From Camelus ferus (Eukaryota): a stretch of DNA of 64,000 nucleotides. Each line of letters begins with the position of its first letter. Positions within the stretch are counted from its first letter, which is position 1. Positions 35,651 to 46,829 of the stretch are shown piece after piece. The translations under genes were made by a program, and so were the position numbers. The notes under the pieces were generated by a model, which saw nothing but the letters and a program-made list of their open reading frames with translations, did not search any database and was not told the DNA's origin. The stretch covers positions 56,112,001 to 56,176,000 of the forward strand of contig NC_045697.1 in assembly GCF_009834535.1 (NCBI RefSeq), given 5' to 3'.

Positions 35651-38074
35651 TCATTGGTAACATCTCAATCTAGTGTGAGAGGAATGTGACAGGATTTTGT
35701 AAAGGAACTTCAGTTTTGATGTTAAGTACGTACTTTCCCTTTGACCGTTTTTTCTTCAAACTGATTTTCAGAAATTGTGGCTGGATTTCTACTAATACTT
35801 TAGAGTCTCAGTAGTTAATTGTATTTCTTCATGTGTAATATAATGTGTTTGTCTAAAATGAAGCCTACTTTGTAAATAATCTGGTCTATTTCAAAATAAA
35901 ATATAAATAATGGTATATATGCAGAATGTGCTTAAAGCTTTCAAGCAGAAGAATAACAAATAAACCAGGCTTAAATTATAATAATGTAAGTTAACTGATC
36001 ATGGAAAGACTTTTTCTGACGTAGTCTCTAAACACCACATCAATCCCTTATGAGCCGCAAGATGCGTATTCCCTTACTTCACATGCTACTGTCATATACC
36101 CATGATCTAGCAGATTTTTTAATCTCATGAAAATGACGTAATTGTCACTGATTTATAAAAGCCTTTGAAGTGAACTGCCTAATTATCACATGAATGAGCA
36201 TAGCTAAATGTATTAATTTAAAAAGACACCTTGCAAATACTGAGGTTCAATAGATAAGCATGGTATTTTTAAAATAGGAATTCGCATATAAATTTTGAAA
36301 AGCCATATATATTCAGTTAATATAAAATTTACTCTTAAGGAAATAAATTAAAACTATAGTGATAGTAAATTAAACCTAAGTTTATGTTCAGTGAATAAAA
36401 TAATAATAATTATAAAAATAAATCTTACCTTCAGATATGATTTTAGCAAATATTTCTTTGATTGGAAATAAAATGCACATGCAAACATTTTATTAGCAGC
36501 AGTGGTAGAAGGATTTATACATGTTCAAGAAAAACAGGATTTCTTTTCCTGTTTCTGTGGTGTATAAATTTGTCTGTCTCAGTGTGGAGAGAGAATGTCA
36601 TTCAAACTGATGGACTTGGAGCGAGGTGGCAAGGGACTGAACATTTGCATCAAGTATGAAGTCAAAGCCTGAACTCCCAATGGTGCTACTCCAAATGCCT
36701 GCCTGTCCTAACTTTACGAACTTTTCCTATGTGTCCAGGGTGAGAAATCTCCCAAGTGAATAAAGTTACTGAATAAGTGACAATTGATAGTAGAAAATAA
36801 AGGAATTATGTCAAAGTCTATGGTAAGTAACAAGACATTTTAATTCCTCATTTTATGGTTTACACTCAGTGCGTGCATAATTTAGGGACAGCACTTAGCC
36901 TAGTGAGTGGATCAGAATTGAGAGAGATGATGATAAAGACTGTATCTCTTTGGGTGAATGATAATCACACATCCCACATTCCACACACTTTGTGCTTGTC
37001 TTCTTCTTATACTTCACCATTTTCTCCTCTTGGATGGAGAGCTCTGCCATGGGGGTGTTTCTAGAAAGCAGAAGTTTAGACCAAAATTGGAAAATGTCAT
37101 GCCCTTGGTTAATTTTATATAATAATTTCTAATATAGTACTCATTATCTGAGGATAGTGGTGGTGAGGTTGCTGTCTGGTTATTGATAGTGTCAGATATT
37201 TAGAACTATGTCTGCTGAAAGACTGATTGTTTTCCTTTATAGGGTGAAGGGAAGGAGAAGTGGCATAATGTATGTGAGAAAATAAACCATTATCATGCTA
37301 GATATAATTCTTCCATCCCTTTGCAGAGCGTGTTAGGGGAAGAACTCTGAGACCCTGAATAGATACTTTCTAATAGATAGTTTGGCTGCATTGTAGGGTA
37401 CTCAGATAAGCTAAGCTCTCCATGCTATGGAGGTAATACGTGGAGAGACTAGATGATTTCTGTGTCGTGAAGTTGCCGAGGGCTAGGGTTTGGGCAGCAA
37501 GAGGAAAAGGCACATGAAGGGATACTCAGTTTGGGAGGAGTCCAGACATTTACATTTCTGACCATCCAAGGTGTTGAACAGTAAAAATGCTGTAAAATAG
37601 GGCCTGCTAAATTTCACTGGGAAAGAATTCATTTTATGGTGGTTCCTGTTGAGCGTCTCACTCTGATCTCACTTGCTGCAGTTTGTACGTGCTTTATGTT
37701 GTTTTTTCTCTCCTAAAGTTGCCCAGTTCTACATATTGTTTTCCTGGATGTATCCTATTCTACGGCTCTCAATGATCTCTTCCCAATTTAGATCTTCCTT
37801 TTTTGTGGGATAGTGTTTACCCGAGTTACACTCCTGTACCAGCCTCTTCACCTCGTCTCTGGAAGGGAAACACTGTTCAGTAAAACCTGGGATTGTAAGT
37901 ATTAGAATTTTCCTAACTCTGATCTTAAACTGAAGGTGAGATGCCAAGGAATCCATGTGAAGTTTCGAGGGCTTTATAGGAAATGGCAGTTGGTGATGGA
38001 TTTTCCCAGAAACAGTTGGTATCTCTGGAGGATTACTGGAGCATCCTGCCGTGGCTCTCAGTACGCTCTGAGAA

Positions 38075-38360
38075 AATGATTTTTAGTGGCTACATGATAT
38101 TCCTGGGTCTGTATATATTAGCAATATATTTAACAACTTACCTATTCCTGGGCATTTAGACTACTACCTCTTCTCTGTGGAATAATGTTTTGATAAATTT
38201 TCATTTGAACAAATATTTAACTGTATTTCTAATTATTTTCTTACTATGAAACTTTAAGAGTATGAGTGTGTCTTGGTAATTTCAAAGGTTTTGAAATATA
38301 TTTAAATCCACTTTACAGAATTGTTGTGATAACTATTAGTATTCAAATAATAAGTGAGAA
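38075..38360 (-). mobile_element. Old L1 (L1ME-like) 3'-end fragment
   Basis: tttttagtggctacatgatattcc...atatatttaacaac...cctatt...gggcatttaga. Confidence 0.6.
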
Positions 38361-40203
38361 TAAAAGAGACACTCTTTTTATTTTACTTTCTATTTCCTTA
38401 CACATACATGCTTGCCATCCTCCATGTATATAAGCTGAGAGAAACTCTGTCAGAGAACTAGGTTTATAGCCACTAGGTTTTTAGTTAGTATATATTTCAT
38501 TATATTATTAAAGGTGAAAGAAATTGATAAGCATGACTCTTGCACTGTCTAAATTTTTTCCCTTTATTTCACATATGCCAGGGATGATTCGTGCTTGGAA
38601 GCTATTTGATGTGGTTTAAATGTTGAGACTTAATTTTGTTTCTAGTGAGTATGTTTACCTCTAAAATGCCTGCAATGAAAGTCGAGTGATATATTAAAGT
38701 GATAAAATAACTCAAGTAAGTATAATGACATTGTTGTAAATAAATAAATTATTGTATCTGTAAGTATATTCTTGAAAACTAATTGCAGAATGGTTTTGGG
38801 AGAAAACCTTCTGAAGATGAAAGCCATCCTTTGTACTCTTGACTTGACCCTGAAAGCAACATCATTATTTAGGGATGAGATTTAAAGAGGAACATGAGAA
38901 ATTCACCAGCAGTCAGTAAAATCAAACAGAAAACATATTTCAAGGTATAGAACTAAGTTTCATAGTTACCCTTATTGCATAATTAAGTTATCTTCTTCCT
39001 TCACTCCTTAAAAACTTATTTTCTTCAGAGCTCTATAAAGGGATCATATCTGACTCATGAAAAATGATTCACACTTTATAGTTATTTTGCAATATAGAAT
39101 TCATTAACATCTTCACTAGAATCACAGGTTATTCTAAAGATATGTTTAGCTACAGTACCAGAAAAAAGGACAGAGAAATAAGCATATTCAGATCCTTTCA
39201 TATCAATATGTGCTTCAATTGCAATGATTTTATTAATTCAAAAATTACTTTAACAGAGTTAGGAAGGAAGTTGAAATAAAAAGCAGAAATTATATTCATT
39301 ATTTTGGAGAGTTATATTTCTAACATGGAATATATATAACATGATTTTAAAAAGCGTGTTCTAATTTGTTGATTTTATAATATAGAAATAATATTTGGAA
39401 ATGTAACCTGACTTTGGACATAAATATTGAAGTAGTATTATGAAACTATAAAACCAGAATTCTGACTGCATAGAGAAACAAAACTCAAAGAAAAAAGTAA
39501 ACCAAAAACAAAAAAGAAACAAACGAAACACTAAGACAAACCCCTAGTAAGTAAAATACACATTTGTATTAAAAAGTAAAATATACTTAAAACTTCAAAA
39601 ATCAACTTAAGTTAAAAAGTAAGTTCTTGTGAGTGTGATAGATAAAAACAGGGAAGCAAAGATTGGAAAGCATGAATACAAATAGTAACAAATGCTGTTC
39701 TGAGAAACAAACTTCTCTTCTTCAAATCTCATGAAATTGTAAATTTTTTAGTCCTGTTTAAACCTTGGTGCTTAATAAGAAACAGTTAAAGAACTGATGT
39801 ATTGACAGTTTCATTTACCTTCTCAAGCAGATAGTTTCATGAGAAATCTCCAAAACAATACTATAATAGTCTTTTAAATTGTATGATACTCCATTAAAAC
39901 TACTTTAAACCTATTGATTTAGAGCATTTAGGGAATATAAATGTCTTGAATTATTTTACTTGTAAGTGAGCCATACTTTGCATTTTACTTGTTAAATGGG
40001 ACGTATTACCTGCAAGTGGGCTACATTGTGCATTTTAATCATTAAGGAATCATTTTCAAGGTACTTTAAGATAAAGTTCCTTACTTGCATTTTTTTTTCA
40101 CATTCAGCTACTCCAGTGAGTCTTCCTATTTCATTCTGTTTCTACCTTATCACTTTCTCTCATGAAGAAATGTTTTTAGAAAGATATTTTCTCTTTACTA
40201 AAT

Positions 40204-40301
40204 TAGGAGGAAGAGTGGAGGAGGAAGGGAAGAAGAAAGGTGGAGTAAAGGAGGAAGGAGGAGGGAGGGGTGGGCAGGAGAATGGGGAGGGGAGGAGAGG
40301 A
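40204..40301. repeat. GA-rich polypurine low-complexity tract
   Basis: ggaggaagagtggaggaggaagggaagaag...ggggaggggaggagagga; explains the low-complexity ORFs here. Confidence 0.85.
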
Positions 40302-41257
40302 TGAAACCAGGGAATGTTACCGTCTTTCTTGTCTCTCCTGGTTGTACCAAACACAGACTTCCCAGAAACCATGACATTCTGCCACTGCTTATTCCTTTCA
40401 TCTCCACTGCTGTTTCCTAAATGTGTATCATAAATTTAGTAGTTAAAATAAGACCAATTAACTGAATGCTAAGATATTTTCTTTTCATTGGTTTTCACTG
40501 AAAAAACTATGGTACAGTATCAGATTGAAAATAAGAAGCATACGGTGGTTTAAAATATACACAGACAATTAAAAGTTGTCTAGGAATATTATGATTTTAT
40601 TTCAGAGATAGACTATTACGGAACACTCATAATTAGCTGTATCTTTCACCTGAGAAGGTGATAGGATATCTGTTCTTTAGCTGATCTTCATGCTTAAACA
40701 ATGACCTTTTTATCTTAGAGCACTGAAACTTAGATGTTTGATAAGAGTTACTCTGGAAAGGAGAGCTAAGATACAGTTTATTTCAAGGCTCAGGAAAGTA
40801 GGATCAAAAGAATATTCATGCGTGTATGTGTATGAGATGTAGACGGGAGGGAGAAGTTCTAAAAAAGCCCACAGTCATCACCCTGGAGAGCTGCAACCAA
40901 ACATAGCAAATCTAAGACTGTACGGCTAAATTCAGAAAGCTGGGTGCTACCTCTTGACTTGCAATAACTCTATGGCTTCATTAGTGCTACACTGAGGTTG
41001 AATAAAATAGTTAGATATTTCTGATTTTAAAGTTTTTTGGATCTTAATACTGTATGAATTGCCTAAGGCACTGACCCTGATGCAGTTTGAAATAAAGGAT
41101 ACAGGTAAAGTTTCAGTCTTACCATCTTCTGTTAGGGAAGGAAGCACTTCTTGGTGTGGGGAAGAACTCTGAGCTCATGGAGCATTTAAGCTACACTGTC
41201 ACCCAATGGTCTAGCTTCCTTCCTTTCCGTAGACCCACCCTCATACTGAATGGAGAT

Positions 41258-41283
41258 CACACACACACACACACACACACACA
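41258..41283. repeat. (CA)13 microsatellite
   Basis: Read directly. Confidence 0.95.
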
Positions 41284-44200
41284 GATTCATTTAGTAAATA
41301 TTTTCTTGATGCTTTGGAAATTTTGGGCTGTATATATTTGTGTTTGTTAGAAAGGGCATTTTCTATACTAAGGAATATTTTGAAATTTTGCTGAATATTT
41401 TGAAATTTTGTGAAATATTTGATTAAACTCTAATTAGAAAAATTAATTTTTAAAAATTAAACCCTACATTATTTTATCTCTGGGATTAGAAGGTGAGGGT
41501 GTGCCAAACCAGGATTGGAAATTATTGTATTAAGTACTATCTACGCAATTAACTTCCAGATAGTTTTGAGGTGAAATAGTGAAACTTCTATGTGTATTAA
41601 ATATAGAGACCTTTTAAAAAATTTACTTGCACATTCCTATAACAAGTGAGTTATTTAAGGTCACATTTGGTTTTTTTTTTCTCTTTCATTTGTGAACTAT
41701 ATTCCCATTTTTCACGCATATTGGAATAAGAGTATAGTATATATCTTTAACTGGCAAAACCATCCTGTTTTATTTACTTTTTATTTACCTGAATTTACCA
41801 GATTGCAAAGTTCTCCCAGAAATACTCATATTCTCTAAGGAATTTAATTTGAAACATCCACATTGTTTTAATAACTTAAGAGGAGAAGAAATTTCTGTAA
41901 GTTTTATTCTATTAGCACATTGATTTTTTTTCTTTTATGATCCTTAATTTTACTACATACATTGTAAAGGTACATTTTCCCCTCTTCATTTTAAATCATT
42001 CTTTCAAAAGGACACTTGGAAAATAGTTGGGCTAATTGCTATAAAACAAAAGTGGGCATTTAAATTCAAGATAGAAAACCAAATAATTTTACCTTTACAA
42101 AATATTTATGCATTTAGCTTTATAAATACTTTGGGAGGGGTAAAATTTTTAGAAATTACTTAATTGAATATAATGAGCCTAATCTGAATACTTTTGTTTT
42201 ACTTTCTTTAATATTGTGATAATATTTGCAATGGCTTCACTGCTATTAATCATTTTCACAGTATATGTTTACGATATGCATTTTGATAGTTTCATGTTTA
42301 CATAGATAAGTACATCATTCTCTGAAATTAAATTGGTGAGTTGAATGTTGCTTTCCAAACATTTAAACATTTTTGCTCTTTTTTATGCTTAGAAAAATTA
42401 AGCAAAGTTATTTTTAAATGTATATTATGATAAAGGGAAAAAATTAGTCATATTTAGTGTGAGACTATATGCTGATTCTTAATGATTAAAATAGATTAAA
42501 GCTGAAGGTCGCCAGAGAAGCACTTCTCATGATCATAAATGTAATATAATATTCATAAAATTGAAAAATTCACTGATGATAGATTCATATTCTTTCATTA
42601 TTTATAAGGACCTGATTTCTTTTAAAAATAAATGTCTTGAGTATGTTATTCCTCTTGATATAATATTTCTGCTTTTCAAGACAAGTGCTTTCCTGAAGTA
42701 ATTTTTTTCTCTGTAAGTTGAATGATAGTCATTTCAAAACTTCTGTTGGTATTTTTTTTAAAGTGGACTAAAACACAATATTGAAGCATAAAGATTGGAT
42801 ATTAAATTAAAAAAGCAGATTTATTGTTAATGATTAGTAAAAATATTTAATTTTCTGTTGCACATTTGGTATTTAGCTGGCATTTAAAACAGAATTGTGG
42901 TCCAAATATAATATGTGATTATTTGATATTTTGTGACAAATTATGAGTAAATCTAATTTTTCATAGCACAAGACAGAATGTTCCAGCTTGGGGATTGTTA
43001 AACAAATGTAACAATATTTTGGTAGAGTAATTATATTAGGTGTATCAAAAATGCTGTATATTTAATGCTCATACTTATTATTCAAGCAAAATAAGTCTAT
43101 TTCTCCCCAGTAAGATCTACTTCTAGCAACATTTGAATGTTATTTGGAAAAGACACTTGCCACTTGATAAAAAGTCACATTTTCTGTAGAGCAGATAAAA
43201 AGATACAGAATCAGGACCACATATTTCTGCCATGACAGAAGAGAGAGTCTTTACACTAAGTAAAACTTGTTTTGAATAAAAATAGAAATATATTTTCAAT
43301 GTTGATTATTTGTAATTATAAGTAGATTTCCTTTGTTTCTGTACCAAGACTTTGAGTATGAAAACTGGTCAATACCTAAATATACTTGTGAAAAATATTC
43401 AGAGAGGATGATTAGTTTATCAGTTGGCAGAATCTAAAAAAAAGAGGGTCAAAGTCCAAATGTGAATCTGAAAGAATAGTACATCAATGATGAGAACAGA
43501 AATTATAAGAGTCCCACCCACTCCAACATAGAAACTTACACTGATCCATATGTTGAGTTTTACTAAGGGTAAGTGGAGTGCTCAAACTGTTTGCACAATA
43601 GGCACAGCCATAGTCTGTATTTACTGCTTCTTGCAAAACATGCTTGTAGACATGTGCATTCATTCAGCTATTACATGTTGCAGTTTTGTATGAATCATTT
43701 TAAAGAATGTTGCATTTTAATTCCGTTCAGTTTTCAGTTGCAAATGTTGTACACTGACGAAAGTTTGGCTGTCATCAATTTGTCCTTGAACATCTACTTC
43801 TTGTCAGATCCGTTCTTTTAGTCTTTTTCCCTTAATAGATGTGATACTCAAAGAACCTAAACTCTGGTGTTATTGATACTAGCTTACATGTGGCAATATG
43901 TCAGCTGTTTAAAATACATGTTTTGCTATGGCGAGAAGTGTCAGTTTGACATATGGCCATTTCAAGACCAAGTATTAAAACTTAGAAAAGAACATCAGTG
44001 TTCTGTTGCAACCTTATTGACTGATGGAAGTAGGGGGTTACTAAGAACTTCATTTTTGGTAGTAAATACCAAGTTCATCCATTTATGCCTCATACAATAA
44101 AATACTTTAACAACCAAAACTTCTTAAGAAACACAAAAATCTTCTATTATAATTATCTACAAAAAGCAAAATTCTGTTCTTATGTTTTCATAGCACATTA

Positions 44201-44774
44201 GAAATAAGTATTTCTAAGCTTTTGTTACTGGCCAGAGTTTGATGAATGCACGAATAGAAATGTGGAGTTAGTGTGAGTGGGTGGGTGTGACCAGTGTGTG
44301 ATTCTTTTATATTTAAGGATGTGAGACCTATAAGAGGATGACCATGCATAAATATGCATTCCTGAAATTCCCATTAAAAATGAACTTATATTATAAAATA
44401 TAATAAATGTTTAAACAGTCTATTTCCCAAAACCACTACTGTATATCTTAACTGGTCTCTAGGTATGTTACTGTTTTGGTAGGAAAAACAATTCATAATA
44501 ATTAGTGTGCTGTCAGTTGCATTTTACTCCTGTTAAAGCTATGAATAGTGCAGTAGAGACAAGCCCTGCAAATGACAGGAACAGGCCTTGCTAACTGGCA
44601 GATACTTCCAGCCACTTAGGAGCTTTAGGGCCCATATACTCAGCACTGCTACCGTGAACTAAATTGGAGTAGCACTCTGCTGCCTCTCTGGATTTCCATC
44701 AAAAAAATAAGGAATGACAGAAAAAAAGAAAAAAGAAGGTGGGAGGGTGGAGTTGAAGAAAGGGCATGAAATTG

Positions 44775-44972
44775 ATTTAGCAAATGGTGCAGCATTGACA
44801 GGACAGCCTTAATTCCTAAAAAAGTTTGTTATGGAAAGGTGTTTCAGAGGAGTCTTAGTTTCTTGGAGCGGGTTTTTGTAGAACCCTGTGAGGTGTGTTA
44901 CTTTGTGCATTGCAACAGGGTATGAAAAGTGTTAAGTGATGCCCTGCATAGTATCTGTATACATCTGTCAGG
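44775..44972 (+). repeat. Copy A of a ~200-bp diverged direct repeat
   Basis: Colinear with 46056-46249; identical 23-mer AAAAAGTTTGTTATGGAAAGGTG. Confidence 0.88.
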
Positions 44973-45339
44973 GAGAATTGTGTGTTTAATACACACTGCA
45001 ATTTAATCCATTTAGACTGTTACTATATTCTTATTATATTGAACATCTTTGTTGCATGAATGGCATTGCTAAACAGAAGAGGACACCCCATTGTTTTCCA
45101 TGTTACACAGTCATGAGAAAATAGGGGCAGAAAGCTCTTAATTACCATATTTCCACGTTGTAAAAGTAGGGCCCCCACAGAGGTCTCTTTGTAATGCAAA
45201 GGGTGGTGAAATTATGAAAGACAAGTTTGAAAGGATATTTTTGAAAAAGTGGAGAAATCAAGATTATAACCCAAGAATTGGCTAAATTGAACATCACAGC
45301 ACTTCTGACATACCAAATTTGAAGTAAAGATCATTAAGG

Positions 45340-45369
45340 AAAAAAAAAAAAAAGAGAGAGAGAGAGAGA
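45340..45369. repeat. Compound (A)n-(GA)n microsatellite
   Basis: aaaaaaaaaaaaaagagagagagagagaga read directly. Confidence 0.9.
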
Positions 45370-46055
45370 TGGAAACAGCCTTCTGGTTATTGTCTCCAAA
45401 GTAGAGTAGGAAATAAAATTTTTTCGTAATTTATTTGAAATTATATACTCACAGACTGTTCTTAATTTCAATTAATATTTCACTTACATTCTGTTCAATT
45501 TTTATTTCTATTATAAATGAGTCCTCTTAGAATTCTTTGGTTGTTTTTTACTATCAAATATACATTTACTATATATGTGTATTAACTACAGTTTAGAATT
45601 CTCTTAACTTTAAAGATTATCTTGTTATTTTAAAAGTAATTGTTTTCTGTCTATTTCTTTTGCCTACACATATGCAAGCTTTCTAAATTTGCTGAAAGTA
45701 GAGTATTATTTAAAGTATTCATTATGAAAATAACATAGCTTAATAGATCACAACATGTTCAGAAATAAACATTGACCCAAACATTGAGATTGAAGTAAAT
45801 TGGAGTCTGAGCAAAGTGAAAATTACTTAAGGCCATATTAGAAATCCCCTATTAAATTTTTCTGGAACACATAATTATATGTTCATGAGTCTCTTTCTTA
45901 CACAATAATGCAAATTTAGAAGTTAAATACTTTGTAAAGAGAGTTATTGTGAAATTGCATTGAATGTACTTAGGCACCAAATATAAAGTGCTCTTTTCCC
46001 AAGATTACTTAATGATAGAAAATTTGGCTGGCTAAAGTCCTGTTAACTCTGATCC

Positions 46056-46249
46056 ATTTGGCAAATGGGTCACCACTGACATGGCAGTTTACTTCCAGAA
46101 AAAGTTTGTTATGGAAAGGTGCTTTGGAAAGACCTTAGTTTCTTGAGTGAATTTTAAAGGAATCCCGTGAGATGTCACTTTGTATATTGCAATTGGATAT
46201 GAAGAATGTTAAATGGCCCTTTACAAAATACCTGTATACTTCGGCCAGG
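46056..46249 (+). repeat. Copy B of the ~200-bp diverged direct repeat
   Basis: Colinear with 44775-44972 at an offset of about 1280 bp. Confidence 0.88.
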
Positions 46250-46705
46250 CCTCCATCTAATATTTTTAACCACTTATAAAATATTTGATGGTAGATTCTA
46301 TGTAAAGAATGAGAGGAAATTGTAGAAAACATAAGATTTGTTTCAGAATGAAACTGCACAGCAGTACGGTAACTGTGAAGTAAGCTGCTATTCCTACATG
46401 CTTCTAAAAGGATATGATTATGGATTATTAAGGGTATACAGAGAGAGGAATGTAGAAAGTGAAAGCAAAATGTGTAGGAGCTATTTGTGGATTCACACAA
46501 AGTCCAGGATCACATCAGAATGAGAGAGAGAAGGAATGAGTACTGTTGATAATCTCTTGGTGTAACATTTAAATTTCCAACAACTGGGACTCCAAAAATT
46601 ACCCACAGTTGATTAGGAGGTGTCTTAGAAAAGTCAGTTGAAGTGGTTGTAACATTTTAGACAGTTTCTCTCTTAGGTTGAAGACTTTGGGTATTTTGAT
46701 TTTTG

Positions 46706-46829
46706 TTTGGCGGGGAGGAGATAATTAGATTTATTTATTATTATTTCTTAATGGAGCTACTGGGGATTAAACCCAGAACCTTGTGAATGCTAAACATGTG
46801 CTCTACCACTTTGCTATACCCTCCGCTCC
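46706..46829 (-). mobile_element. tRNA-Ala-derived SINE (camelid vic-1-like), older copy
   Basis: Reverse complement GGAGGGTATAGCAAAGTGGTAGAGCACATGTTTAGCATTCACAAGGTTCTGGGTTTAATCCCCAGTAGCTCC. 18-bp TSD TGGGTA(T/C)TTTGATTTTTG at 46688-46705 and 46830-46847 with one mismatch. Confidence 0.9.

Noticed and set aside
39996..40407. G/E/K-rich and P/S/F-rich ORFs
   Set aside because: Translations of the polypurine low-complexity tract.
46135..46523. 121-aa and 61-aa ORFs overlapping duplicate copy B
   Set aside because: Copy A differs by indels and has no equivalent ORF, so there is no coding signature.
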